DNA from: Octopus bimaculoides
Lineage: Eukaryota
NCBI RefSeq assembly: GCF_001194135.2
Contig: NC_068994.1
Span: 12,032,283 to 12,075,647 of the forward strand
Reading direction: 5' to 3'
Length of the DNA: 43,365 nucleotides
A program made the position numbers and the translations under genes. Below the pieces are notes generated by a model. That model was not told the origin of the DNA. It made no database searches and saw only the letters and a list, made by a program, of their open reading frames with translations. Positions 22,836 through 36,186 of this stretch are shown here, piece by piece (position 1 is the stretch's first letter; every line of letters starts with the position of its first letter).

Positions 22836-24035
22836 AAACGAATTTAAAAAGCATATATATTATATCTATATGTGTGCAACAATTATTAATAGGATAGTTT
22901 TTCCTTTCCCTTGTCGAACATAACTAAAGAAATACTCTTTTTCAGATATCTTCACAGTTCCACAAGACAGAGTTGAACACTATTCCGTGCATACATAACT
23001 GACAATGTTACAAGTATTTCCTCATGTATGTACGTGTTTATGTTTTGCGAAGTGCGTACAAACCCATATATATATACGACTGTGCAAGCGACTAGTCGGA
23101 AAAGACAAAACACGAAAGGATTGCGGTCGTATTTACTACGTATAGAAATAACCTGAAGTTTCTCTGTTTATATACTTATCCTATAGCCGTAGATGCAAAC
23201 AGGCTAGCACACCCTGCAACAACCATAAAGCGGCATTGGATCCACCCCTATAGCAAAATTGTTGCTTGAAGAGAGAAATCATAACTTTAATATGGAGAAA
23301 AGGGATATTTCATCCAACCAAATTTGGAGTTTAAAATCAGATGATAAGGATCAAGATCGACTTTGGCCTTAACTGAAATGAAAGATCGACAAATATCTTC
23401 ATAGCAATCTCTCTATATCTATCTATCTATCTCCCTCCGTCCCTCTCTGTCTGTCTGTCTCTGCTATTGTTATTTTTTCAAAGAAAACGTCTTATATGAA
23501 ATTCACTCTTACATCTATTTGTGCCTGCTAAAATCATTGGTCCCTTTAACACACACACTTAACAAAAATTACTTTCGATTACCCCCACCCGTTCGTTATG
23601 ACATCTCATCAGTTGCCTCGAATTCCTTACTTCAAAGCACGTCAAAGATCCCTTTCAACCAAAACTGTGGGACAGCAACCATAACTGCAGTTAAAAAGTT
23701 CACTTTCTCCCTCACGGGTTTCCAGGTGTACAAAGCCCTGAACAATTGTCTTCTATAACTTTGGGTTGATCAATAATCATGAGCGAATTTGGTAAGGGAG
23801 TGAGTAGCTGAGTGTAACTGACCTGACACACCCACTGAACAAAATATGGAAGTGTCAAAAAGAAATCTAACTTAGCAACTGAATAAAATAGGTACCTGAT
23901 TGAAATAACCACTGAGTTGATGTATAATCGATTAAAAATCCTTCAAGACTGTCCCAATCCCAAAATAACTATACTCCAATGACAGAAATCAGTCCAAAAG
24001 TAAAAGATAAAAAAAAAAGCAGCAATAATACACAT

Positions 24036-24415
24036 AGGCGCAGGAGTGGCTGTGTGGTAAGTAGCTTGCTTACCAACCACAAGGTTCCGGGTTCAGTCCC
24101 ACTGCGTGGCACCTTGGGCAAGTGTCTTCTACTATAGCCTCGGGCCGACCAAAGCCTTGTGAGTGGATTTGGTAGACGGAAACTGAAAGAAGCCTGTCGT
24201 ATATATGTATGTGTGTCTGTGTTTGTCCCCCCCAACTTCGCTTGACAACCGATGGTGGTGTGTTTACGTCCCCCGTAACTTGGCGGTTCGGCAAAAGAGA
24301 CCGATAGAATAAGTACTAGGCTTACAAAGAATAAGTCCTGCGGTCGATTTGCTCGACTAAAGGCGGTGCTCCAGCATGGCAGCAGTCAAATGACTGAAAG
24401 GAATAAAGGAGTAAA
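24036..24415 (+). mobile_element. SINE family A, full length
   Basis: AGGCGCAGGAGTGGCTGTGTGGTAAG...GGGTTCAGTCCCACTGCGTGGCACCTTGGGCAAGTGTCTT...GTCAAATGACTGAAA, matching the other A copies. Confidence 0.9.
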
Positions 24416-24420
24416 TACAA

Positions 24421-24638
24421 CTTTTTCCTTTACTATAGGCACAAAGCCTAAAACGGTGGTGGGGGAGGAGGCTAGTCTATTAGACTGACCAAAGTGCTCA
24501 ACTAGTTATTATTTTATCGACCCTGAAACGATGAAAGGCAAAATCAACCTCAGCGGATTCTGAATCCAGAATGCAAAGACAGAATAAATGCTACTGAGCA
24601 TTTTGTCCAACGTGCAAACAATTCTGCCGGCTCACTGA
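24421..24638 (-). mobile_element. SINE family N, near full length
   Basis: ATTTTATCGACCCTGAAACGATGAAAGGCAAAATCAACCTCAGCGGATTCTGAA aligns with 42850-42915. Confidence 0.8.
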
Positions 24639-24965
24639 CTTCACACTAAAATTTAATTGGTCAATTATATCTCTGTCCATTGTAATCATAAACAATATAT
24701 TATGAAGTGGATCATGAGTTCAGTGTTTTAAGATTCCTAACACTTCATTGTCATCATTCAATGTCCACATTTCCATGCTTGCATGATTCAAGCAGAATTT
24801 GCTGAGGGGAAATTTTCTTCAGCCAGATGCCTCACCCATTTACAAGCAAGCTGTGTTCTCCAGTTGATCTCCACAGAGGACTGGAAGCAATCAACTTCGC
24901 TTATATGACAATGATGCTCGTCTACAACTATCATGTGATGTCTAGACAAAAGTAAACACACACAC

Positions 24966-25280
24966 ACATCATCATCATCATTTAATGTTCATTTTCCATG
25001 GGGGGTATAGGTTCAATGGTTTGACAGGAGTTGTCTAATCAGAGGTCTGTGCCAAACTTGTCTGCTTTGGCATGGTTTCTATGGCTGGACACCCTTCCTA
25101 ATACCAACCACTTTAGCCAGACATGACCAGCTTCTTTCAGTTTCCATCTACCAAATCCACAAGTTCTGGTTAACTGGATTATAATAAAAGACACTTGCCC
25201 AAGATGACATGCAGTGGGACCAAACCCATGAGTTTTTGTGGTTGGGAAGAAAGCTTGTTAACCACACAGCCACATCTGCC
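24966..25280 (-). mobile_element. SINE family B, near full length
   Basis: Starts with (CAT)n, then CTGGACACCCTTCCTAATACCAACCACTTT, then the family A-type body and head reversed (25130-25280). Confidence 0.75.
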
Positions 25281-25374
25281 CCAAACAGCTATTCTTTGAA
25301 TAATGGCAGTTAATGATAACATAAATAGGAGAAAGTCTTATGTAGTCACCAATGGGTTCTACCAAGCTTCAGTA

Positions 25375-25661
25375 TAAAGTGGCACTCCATCGGTTACGAC
25401 GACGAGAGTTCCAGTTGATCTGATCAATGGAACAGCCGGCTCATAAAATTAATGTGTAAGTGGCTGAACATTCCACAGACACGCACACCTTAACATAGTC
25501 CTCAAGGAGATTCAGAGTGACAGGTACAACTCATTTTTGTCACCTGAGTGGACTGGAACAGCATGAAATAAAGTGCCTTGCTCAAGGACACAATACACCA
25601 CCGGGAATCGACCTTACAGTCATGAACCGATTACCCCTAACCACTAAGCCATGCGCTTTCA
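25375..25661 (-). mobile_element. SINE family D (tRNA-like head with a GTGTCCTTGAGCAAGGCACTT body)
   Basis: The minus strand begins TGAAAGCGCATGGCTTAGTGGTTAG (A box)...GTCGATTCCCGG (B-box-like)...GTGTCCTTGAGCAAGGCACTTT, a typical tRNA-SINE layout. Only one clear copy is in the window. Confidence 0.7.
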
Positions 25662-26334
25662 TTCAGTATCAAGTATTTGACAGGGATTCCCAATCTTCCT
25701 ACCCAAAATTTCCTTTGCTACACAGATCAACATCCATTATCCTTTCTATCTTTTGATATTACTCACAAGAAGGGGCAATATTAAATGGAATATTGAAGGG
25801 TGTACTAAATATCAAAGCATGAACAACCTTTCTCAAGAAGCAAGCCACTTCAGACAAGACTAACCATCAGGCAGGTCACACTACTAAAAAAAATTCAAGA
25901 TAATTTTTCTTTAGGGATTGTCACAGGGGCAGCAGTTTGTCCATAACTGCTATAAATGAAGCCCCGTAATGTTTATGATTTCAGTCAAGAGAAAAGGACT
26001 GTGTCTATGACATTACAAGATCCTTCAAGACTGGCCAAATTGATACAGCTGATGTTTGGCTTGAGCAATTCCCCAGTGAGCAGAGCCCACTTTGAGAACC
26101 ATTAGTGTAGAAGATGACCCAAATGCTTTATGTCCAAGAACTGTATATAAACTGTTTTGAAGCTGTTTAAGTACCTTATTTTCCAGCATACAAGTCAACA
26201 TAGTACACAGCAGAAACATGGAGTGTAACCATTCAAACATTGTCTCTATCTTTCCTAATCCTGCTGCATTACACATGGAATTTTTGGTCCTCAAAACCCA
26301 CCTTGATGTATAAGTTGACATACTTTTTATTTTT

Positions 26335-26441
26335 GCTGTATGCTAGAGAATTTAATAACTGCTGTATGCTAGAGAATTTAATAACTGCTGTATGCTAGAA
26401 AATTTAATAACTGCTGTATGCTAGAGAATTTAATAACTGCT
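26335..26441. repeat. Minisatellite, 26-bp unit x4
   Basis: GCTGTATGCTAGAGAATTTAATAACT repeated four times head to tail, with one G>A substitution in copy 3. Confidence 0.95.
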
Positions 26442-29400
26442 TAGTTAAAAGAGATTCACAAAATGAGCTGAACCAGCTCAAAAGGATCGATTCAGACCAC
26501 AGTCAAAGAAGTAGAGACATGTAACTTTAAAACTCTCTTGATCAGCCTGTGGTTAAGTATCAGTCTAATTCCTTGATCTTTCATGTAGGATTGAATACAG
26601 AAATATAAACTTCACAGCAATCCAATTTCTGATTTGCTGTTCTCATGATAGAATAAAAAAAATCTTCAGCAAAATAGTTCCAAAGAAAGTTGACTGAAAT
26701 AGTAGTTAAGGGTTGAGCTGAACCTTTGTAAGGAGTTATCTTAGTTTCTGTAGAGTTTTACATCACAGTCTGTAAAATTGTCCACGGGAATGATCACATA
26801 AAAACCTTAAACCCTGTGGCAGGGTTCAGTCTTTGGTTTCTTTTGTTCTAAACATCTCTTGCATCCTACCATATGTTTTATGATGCCTTCTTTTTCAACT
26901 TTTGCAATATGATGATACCCCTCTTACATATTGCAAATATTACAAAACAGATTAACAATAACTTAATATATTTCATGCATGAAGCATTAAAAACAAGTAA
27001 ATTTGCTATGAAGTTAATAGCAATGACTTAATATTTTCATTTCCAGGCAAATAAAATAAAGGAGACAATATACATGTTTCAGTATTATTCTGACATCATC
27101 AGCAAAGCATAGTCTTCATTCTCTACTTGAAGTAGTGAATGAAGAAACACTAACTAAAATGTACAAGTTTGTACATTAGTTGGTGTGGGGGAAATAGCAC
27201 TGTTTACAAGCTAAACAATTCAGAGATACCATCTATATTAGTGTTTCATTCATTGCCAAAGTGAAAAATTATAGATCACTTACATCCCACTATTTTAAAC
27301 ATATATACTAGTATAATAATGGAGATGATTATGATTAATGGTGTCAGCAAATTAAATTATCTTCCAGGACATTTAAACGCAATAGTGATTAGTTTAGTGA
27401 ACTGAGACAACAGCTATCTTAAGATTTCTGTTTGTAATAATTGGCATTCCTAGACTGAATACTGATAACCAAATGTTAAAAAAAAAAATTCAACGAAACC
27501 TTGCAAACAAATAACCTTCAAAACTTGGATATTCATAAACCGCAATTTTATGAAACTGGAAAAAGAGACATTACACTCAAATATTAATAGGGAAAACTGA
27601 ACTTATAAACCATTAAGTCAGAGGCGAGCACTTTATACTCGAAGCAGCTATGTTCTCATTCAATATAATTGAAGCAAGCGCTATTATTAGCTATTATGCA
27701 AGTATTGGTATATTCCCGATTTAAAGACCGGTATATCCTTAAGATCTGCTTACAAAACCTAAAAGCAGCTGCAGTTAACATTTATGATTATTAAATGGCA
27801 TATTATTTCAGGTGAAAATTGTTTTCAACAATTCTTTCTAGTAAAAGCTGTTTCTTTTACATTTTGTACATAAAATTTAACGATTATTCAACAATTGTTG
27901 ATTTGATAAAGAATATTTTTCACTCATACGCGTAAAATATCTGTGTGTAGTTTTTTGTTTTCACATTTAGTCGGCAAAACTAGTCTTATCCATTCATCTA
28001 ATTTTGTACCATTTCATACAATGAAAAAAAGTATTTTATAATGCAAAAACAATTTCTACTGCGCATCCGTATCACTCCCTGAGAGCTGTGCATGACAAAT
28101 CGAGCAGCAAAAACATCTTTTTTTAACGCAGATAAGCTAATTTTTCTTTACACGAAACATTTTAATACATAGATGTACACACAGACGAGAAAAGATACTT
28201 TATACCAGAGAGGGAGAAAGCGAGGGAGAGAGAGAGGCGGACAAATATACTTCAGGAAATTTCGTTTTATAATTTCTGCCATGAACACACATACACACAC
28301 ACAAACCTATAAAAAAAAAAAAGTGGGTGAGTTACCAATTTCCTTAACTCAAAACCCATGTTAGAAACAGCCAACTAGCTAGCTAGCCACAAACAGAAGA
28401 GAAAAATGACACAAAGTGTGAAGATAGGGGGTGGGGAGTAGTAGTGAAATAACAATAGGAGAAGTGAGGAGGAGAAAAAAAAAATTGATGGAATATGTAT
28501 AGACACGGGGGGTGGGGGTGGAAGAGAACAAAACGAGGAAGGTGGAGAACGAGAGAGAAAGGAGATGGGAACAATAACCTTTATTTCTTATTTCCTTCCT
28601 TCCTACTGTCTTTCCGTGACACTGTGAGGTCAAATTTATTTTTGTGTTTTTTGGTAGTTTTTTTTTTTATGCATCTCAAACCACCCATGATAGATACCAT
28701 TAGCTACCTCCCTACACACACATGTATATATATATGTATATATATAATTAAACTGTTTTGGAAGTGTAAATATATATATATTTCCAAAACATGGTTCAGT
28801 ACGTTTTATACACTTTCTTTCGCATACCTCCCTCGTAAACCAAAGCACTCGTTTATTACATAATTATTTTTCTTATCCGACCTGATTGGTTGACAAGTCT
28901 CATTCGCAATGTCTTTTTCTTATATCTAAAAGAAAAAAAAAGTGTTTATACTCGACGAAACCAAACTGTAGTAAATGCTAAGGCATGGGAAGGAATTAAC
29001 TAAGAGATGTTATTGCAAAGAATGTTGTAATGTGACACGAACAAATTCAAAGACTCAGTCTTCAGTGAATACGTAAGTGCTGAAAATAACTTGCCCAAAA
29101 TTAATAATAATAAACAAATCACTGCAATCACATTGCTTATACTTACAACGCATGTCTTAACTCTCCACACCCATTTACACGTCTAACACCAGACTGCACC
29201 ACTTTCTTTCTCTTTCTCTCACACACACACATACACACACACGAAAATACTTTCAAATATACGCGAGATACATTCCTAAATGTTTGTCTTTTACGTCATT
29301 AGACGAGCGGAACCAGGCGGAGTGAAAGAGAAAGTAAAAGCGCGCGCACACAATAAACAATATACTTACACACACGTATGTATACATACACAATAAACAA

Positions 29401-32400
29401 TAACACGCACATAACAAGAACAATGTAAAAGCCATACACTAATGCGTACACATACGCACACAACACGAACACAATGTATATCGAGTACGATAAAAAGTAC
29501 AGGCACTAAACACATGTGTGACACGAATAAGCGAACACAATTGCAACAATCATAAAAAGGGAGATGTGAGGTGACAGTAGAAGGGAATTGTTTCGTAAAC
29601 AATGTTTCATAGCTGATACTAATATCCACTATGGGTACTACCAAAGCTATCGATAATATCGATGATAAAGTATTATTTTCATTGCTGCTGGAGTGTGGAG
29701 GGTAGCAGAAACGGTGGAGTGTCGGACTTGTGTTTAGTTTTACGCCCCATTACATTTAAAATACCATCGGGATTGACAGTCTTGATTTCTTCTGCGATCG
29801 ATTAAGTAAATAAATATAAATACCAGTCATGTACTGGTCGGTTCAATCTTCTAATGTCCGCTGCATCCGTCACCCTGGTGGCAAATGAACATTTACTTTT
29901 TTCTTTTTTTTTTTACTATCATAATCGTTAATACTGTTGTGACGAAATGATACCGCCCGCAGTCTTAAGTACTTTCTGTAGAGGTACGCTAAAAGTGTCA
30001 CGTGAATAATATGATATTTTAAATGGTCCCAAAGCTGCTATGACAGCTCAAAAGTGCCAGTCCTTATTTCTGGTTTCATCATGTTAAACAGAAGGCATTG
30101 CTTTAGCCACCTTGGATAAAGCGCCAATCTATCGAAGACAAATTTTGTTAGCACTTCGTTAAACTTACGTACACTGCTTTAAAAAACAATGAAATGCCTG
30201 GAACAAAATTGAACCCAAGACTTTCAAAGCTAGTAATGCAACACTTTATTCATTTGGTTATTTCTTATAACATCTCCTTGGGTAAAATAGGAACCTGTCC
30301 CTTTTCTGTTACATTTAGAAACATACGAACGAAATAATGAATTCTTGCTTAAGTATAAAACTGGGTTTAAAAAAAAAAATTTTAATGGATAGGATCATAT
30401 GCAACTAAACTGACACCTTCGTTACGGCGTTCATTTGACTGACATTGCAGAGATAATAGGCAATTTTCAAACCTACCAGATTCGAAGTCGAAACGTAGAG
30501 ACGCGAAACTAAATGTTGCAAAGTATTTAGTGTGGCGCTATGCCGTTTCCGTCAACTTTATAATCCATATAAATAATTTACTGATGTTCTCGACGCACCG
30601 ATACCGTGTAGCCTGAGCAGACTTTGATTCAAAATATCTAAAAAGTTTGGAGCCGCAAATGTTATTCGCCTAAATACCTCTAGCGCCGACTCAAGTTTTT
30701 TTGGGTTTTTTTTTTAACTCATCCAGGAGTGGAGGCAATAAAATAGCGATAGTAACAGATTAGGGGTTGATTAAAATTATATTGCTTCCTCTACAGTAAT
30801 TAGTACAATACTAAAGTAAATTAATAATTTCTTACACTGGAGTGAATTCGGAGATTGCGGACGCGACTTGTCTAGAACTACTACGCTCAAATGATAATTA
30901 AAAGTACTAAGTCTTCAGAAAATAAATATAACTGATTAAATCTACCTCTATATACTAGCCCATCTATCTTCGATCTTAGAAAGATGAATGACAGTCGATT
31001 TCAAGTAAGATTTGAACTCTGAACCCCTAACTAACGCAACTTTTACTAACATTCCATATGAGGATTGGATGATGTACGCACCAGCAGCCCCGACCTTTGT
31101 TGACTGAAATAATAATGTCACCAGTCATTGCTAATATCAACAAATATAATGACCCTCTTAATATCAATAACAGCCTCATCAATATTATCCTAATTCGAAA
31201 CTAGAGCATCAAAAAGGAAATAAATAATGAGAAAATGAAGCAGAATGCAAGTTAAATTGGAAAACACACGCTTGCGTGTGTACGTAAAAAATGAAAAGAA
31301 AGACTAAAATATTGCCGCACGCAAGATAATGAGAGAAATCCCTGACACCAGAACCGCCCTCAACTCGGAAAAATGCTCTTTTTTTCCCTACTCTCTCCTC
31401 ATCCTAATATATAACACGAAACTAAAGAGTTGAAATATTCACCCACGCTATATTAATATACCTGCCACTCAACATCAGGATTTGGCCTCTCCTCCACTCA
31501 CTCTCTTTGACACTTTGCTAATAGTTAGCTTTTGCCAACTACAATAACAACAGTAGCAAGAAGAAAACAGTTCTAAACAACCAAAACACTACTATTGTAG
31601 CAATTACTATTGTTTCTCCTGCTGCTGCTGCAGTAGCGACTGTCAGACAGACAGCGATTCTAATCTCCCACCCAGTAGCCTTCCGACCCAAGTCCGAATT
31701 TATGGTTAAGACCAAAGTTGATAGAATTCTCCTTAGCAATCGACAATACTACTCTATGAAACGTCGAGAAGAAAGAAAGAAAAAAACCCTCCTTTTCGCC
31801 ACCTCTCCCCTCTTTTTTATTTTATTATTTCAACCATTCGAACTAGATTTCATTATTTAGATAAGTGTGCACATTATTATAGTTTATATCTCTTAGGTAT
31901 GTCACTTGCACGCGTAAAATGCTAAATGCGTTTTAAAGAGTAAGACTCGAGCTAATATAGCTGTTTGGCAGTCTCAGAATAGCTGTGTGTGCGGATATAA
32001 CACTAAATTTATGCGTGTATATGTAAGTATTCATAAAGACATGCATTTGTGCATGTATAGCTATGCAAATGCAGGAACAAGTGCCTATAATATGTGCAGG
32101 CATTCTCGTGTATCTGTGTGTGTGTGTGCGATATACTAGTGCCTCGACTTCGAATACGAAAAAATAGAGGGAGGAGAAACAGTATTTGTAATTTTCGCTA
32201 ATTATTGGCTTAAACTATATAGAAAGTAAGAATAGAAAAGCAATACACACAATTATAACACAATTTCATTATAAACAGAGTTTTTATTGTCACATGCGCA
32301 CATTATATAAATATATATATATATATACATCATTTATACACATGCATATGCATATATACTCACACCATCCCTAAACACGCAATTGAAATATGGATCAAGG

Positions 32401-32594
32401 GGGGGAGGAGAGGAGACTGTGTGTATGAGCGCGCGCGCGTATATGTGAGCGCGCGTGCGAATTTATGTGTGTGCATGATACGTGTGGATGCGCGCGCGTC
32501 TGCGCCCGACTTGTTTCTCTACATTTTTTTTCTTTTATTAAAAGCTTTTTTCTTTCTTTCTTTCTTTCTTTTTTTTTAATTCTGCAGCAGTAAC

Positions 32595-32597
<3 letters not shown>

Positions 32598-32626
<29 letters not shown>
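32598..32626. repeat. (AGT)n trinucleotide microsatellite
   Basis: Run of AGTAGT units. Confidence 0.9.
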
Positions 32627-32902
32627 CAATGGCAGCGCGAACCAGTGGCACTGAAGGGAAAAGGGGATGGAAGGTTGAAAGTGTGGAGGGGAAAGTCGTT
32701 TAAAATATATTTTCTTGGCTGCAGCTTAGTAGACAAATAGCAAACACATCCACATCGATGACAGTTGACACACACTGGTTAAGGCGAAGAGAGTTTGGGG
32801 ATGGCGTATGATAGAGAGATGCAGTGAGTGAGAAAAAAAATGGGAAGCTAACTCCATGATCGATATAAATTTCACCGTAATCAAAAACTAATGAATAAAT
32901 CG

Positions 32903-32904
<2 letters not shown>

Positions 32905-32949
<45 letters not shown>

Positions 32950-32980
32950 CATATATATATATATATATACACACACACAA
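32905..32980. repeat. (TA)n/(CA)n microsatellite
   Basis: Long uninterrupted TA run followed by CA. Other examples: 8570-8601, 36155-36235, 37230-37280 and 38810-38847. Confidence 0.95.
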
Positions 32981-34374
32981 CAGCAAAAGAGAAATAGCAT
33001 AAAAAACATTCCCTCGCCACTGCGCGAATGAAACCTCATCACACTAAAATAATGATGATGGAGTTAATGTGTTCTTAACCTGGCTTTAATATTATTTATA
33101 TAATAGTATTGGTTAAATAGGCGATGATAGTTCATTATAGTAATGATGTGATAGTAGTAATAGTAGTAGTGTGAGATGGCTGATATAAAATGATTTAATT
33201 CGATATTCTCCTTAGTTCCTCAACAATTTATTATAATTTGTGTCCACTTTTAAATTCACCGCCTCCCCCACTGCTCGCAAAAAGAAGAATTCTTAGCGAG
33301 AGTACAAACGTCTGTATATATATATATATTACCGTGTGTATAAAAGTATACGTTCTTTTGTCCTTTTTATTTATTTTATATATAGCATCCTCACCCTTTC
33401 CTGTTTCACTTTTTTTTTTCGTGGCATAACAGCTTAAAGACAAGAAATTCTGTTAGCTTTCATGCATAACATATCAACAAAGAAGTATCTTTTTGCTTGG
33501 CGTTGCGTTCAAAATATNNNNNNNNNNTTTCACTTTTTTTTTTCGTGGCATAACAGCTTAAAGACAAGAAATTCTGTTAGCTTTCATGCATAACATATCA
33601 ACAAAGAAGTATCTTTTTGCTTGGCGTTGCGTTCAAAATATTTGTTTCTTCTTAAATATAAAAGAAAGATTAAAATTTGGAAACTAAAGTGAGAAAGAAA
33701 AAAAAACGGATATGTAAAATATAGCTGACAGCTGATATCCTGACTTAAACTTCTGTAGTAGTCTTGTAGTTTTCTTTTTAGAAAGAATAACTGAACTGTA
33801 TATGTATGCTTTAATTATTATGCATGGTACTACTATAATACTATGTTCTATCTATGTTTGTAATAGTACTCGCTCTCCCTCATCCTGCAAATCTTATATC
33901 ATTTGTCTTTTTTTCTTTTTCGTTCTCCCACCACCACCACCACCACCTTTCTGTCTCTTGTGATGCAGGATTTTTTTTTCTTCTTTTTCTCTCTATTTCC
34001 ATTCTTCATCCATCTCACTTTCCTTCTGCTTCCCTTTCACTTCGCCTCGTTCTCGAAATCCTTGTAACATCTTGGATGTTACGCACAAGAGACATTAACA
34101 ATTCTAACATTCTCTCCCCCACCTCACCCACCGACTTTCTCTTTTAGATAATAATATATACACATATATACATACATATACGTATGCGAAAAGTTAATGA
34201 AAACCTCACCATACACTCACATATGTATATACAAATAAGCATAGTTCTCTAATTTATGAAAGTGCCCTGAATAAATATTTTCTTTACCAAAATAGTAAAA
34301 TTTTTTTAATTTCATATATAAAAAAAAATCAGATTTCATTTATAAAAAAAATGAAAATTTCATTTAAAAATTTA

Positions 34375-34448
34375 AAATTCCATTTATAAAAAATATCCAA
34401 ATAAAAATTTTAAATTCCATTTATAAAAAATATCCAAATAAAAATTTT
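34375..34448. repeat. AT-rich 37-bp tandem duplication
   Basis: AAATTCCATTTATAAAAAATATCCAAATAAAAATTTT x2. Confidence 0.85.
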
Positions 34449-36154
34449 AATTGCTAGATAAAAGTATACACATATAGATCCTAATTTTAAAATAGTCAAT
34501 ATTTAAAATTGTCACATACCTATATTATAAATTGAATTAAATTGAACAAATATTTTCGTAAGCTTTGCTTGCAGAAGTAAAAGTTTATTATTATTAGCAT
34601 CATCATCATTATTATTATTGGTAGTAGTAAATGGAAAAACAATAAAAAATTAAAAGAACACAACTACATCCTCATTAAAAAAATAAAAGCAAGTAAGGAA
34701 AAGACATAAAAGATGACAATCGTGAAAAAAGAAACGAGGATTTTTTAAAAAAGCACACAAAACAGAAAATGTTGAAATGAAAAGTAAGCGAGCGAAAAAA
34801 AATTATTTTTCTTCAATTCAAACCCGCACCTTTGTATTGGAAGCAAGGAAAAAAAAGCTTTCCCTGACTGAAAGTAAAAATGTGACCGGCGATAAAAAGC
34901 AAAGGTCGATTACTGCCAAAAGAAACAGATTTTTTTTTTTTTTTAACTTCAACAATTATCAGGTGTGAACCTAATTTACATTCATTATATTTTTTTTTAG
35001 TCTATCCCTCTTTGTCTCTCAATATGATTAAAAAAATAACTCATCTTTTCATAACCGCTAAGAAAAAGTGATCACAATAAGCGGCGACAGAAAAGACTAG
35101 AGAAAAAAAAAAAAAAAAAAAAAAGAAAATTTCTTTTTTGAGAGATTTTAACTTTTTTTTCCCCCTTTGCTTTTAATTTCTTCTGAGTGCGTTACTTCTT
35201 CCTGAGAAATAATCAACCTTAAATACTTTTACTTTTGCTACGATTAGCTATATTAACATATGATCGGAAAGAACAACAAAAAAAGAAACAACCTTTCTTC
35301 ACTTTCTGTTTCTCTGAATAGTTTTATTTCATTATAATTTTAATTATTTATAAGAAACGTTTCTCTACTTTGAAATAAAGCTCAGCGTTTTGCCTCGCTT
35401 TTAACTTATTTCTTGTTAAATACATTTTTATTAGTCTCTTTATTTATGAAATAAAACAAAGTAAAAAGTGTTTTGCTAATTTTTTTTTTCCACCTTTCTA
35501 GAAAGTAGAAAACGGTTGTGGTTTCCAATGTTTTAGCTATCGGAAAGTGCTTTTTCTTTCTTTTCTTTTCTGCCGTTTTCTTGTAAAATAAAATAAAGCA
35601 AATAGTGGGTAGTATAGCTTAAGTAGACCGCTTTTACAATCCAGCTTTCTTTCTAACTATTTCTTTCTTCTAATAAACACTAGTGAAACGATTTTCGAAG
35701 AAAACTAGAATTCTACCTACCAAATAAGAGGGAATAATTTTTTATACTTTTTTTTCTATTTGGTACTTTTTTTTAAGGTTTTCTTTTCATTTTATTTAGT
35801 TGCTTTTTCAAAGCTGAAAACGGAAAAAATTCGATACGAAACAAGTCTAAAAAAAACTCGCAGTTTATTTAAAAGTAGATAACAAACATTGATATTTGCA
35901 CATATTATAAAATAAAATTAATGTTGGAAATTTAATCGTGCTAAAATAACTATAAAAACGTGCTTACCTATGCTTTCTGCTTACTAAAACGCCATTGAAC
36001 TTGAATACACAGCAACCAACAGAAAACAAACAACGGGGGGAACCTTGTAATGGCCCATGCGTTGGCTTTTACTATTCTCTTTAATGAGCACCCTCCCACT
36101 TTTCGCTGAAACGTGTTGAATCACGGAACGAAAGAAAAGCGCAATACACACTTG

Positions 36155-36186
<32 letters not shown>

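Noticed and set aside
26335-26441. Possible CRISPR array
   Set aside because: The units are contiguous with no spacers; it is a minisatellite.
31523-31860. Long stop-free frame with poly-Ala (SPAAAAVA)
   Set aside because: Explained by trinucleotide low-complexity DNA; no convincing splice sites or recognisable domain.
33401-33641. Exact ~114-bp direct duplication
   Set aside because: The two copies are separated only by a 10-N gap, so this is most likely an unmerged contig overlap.
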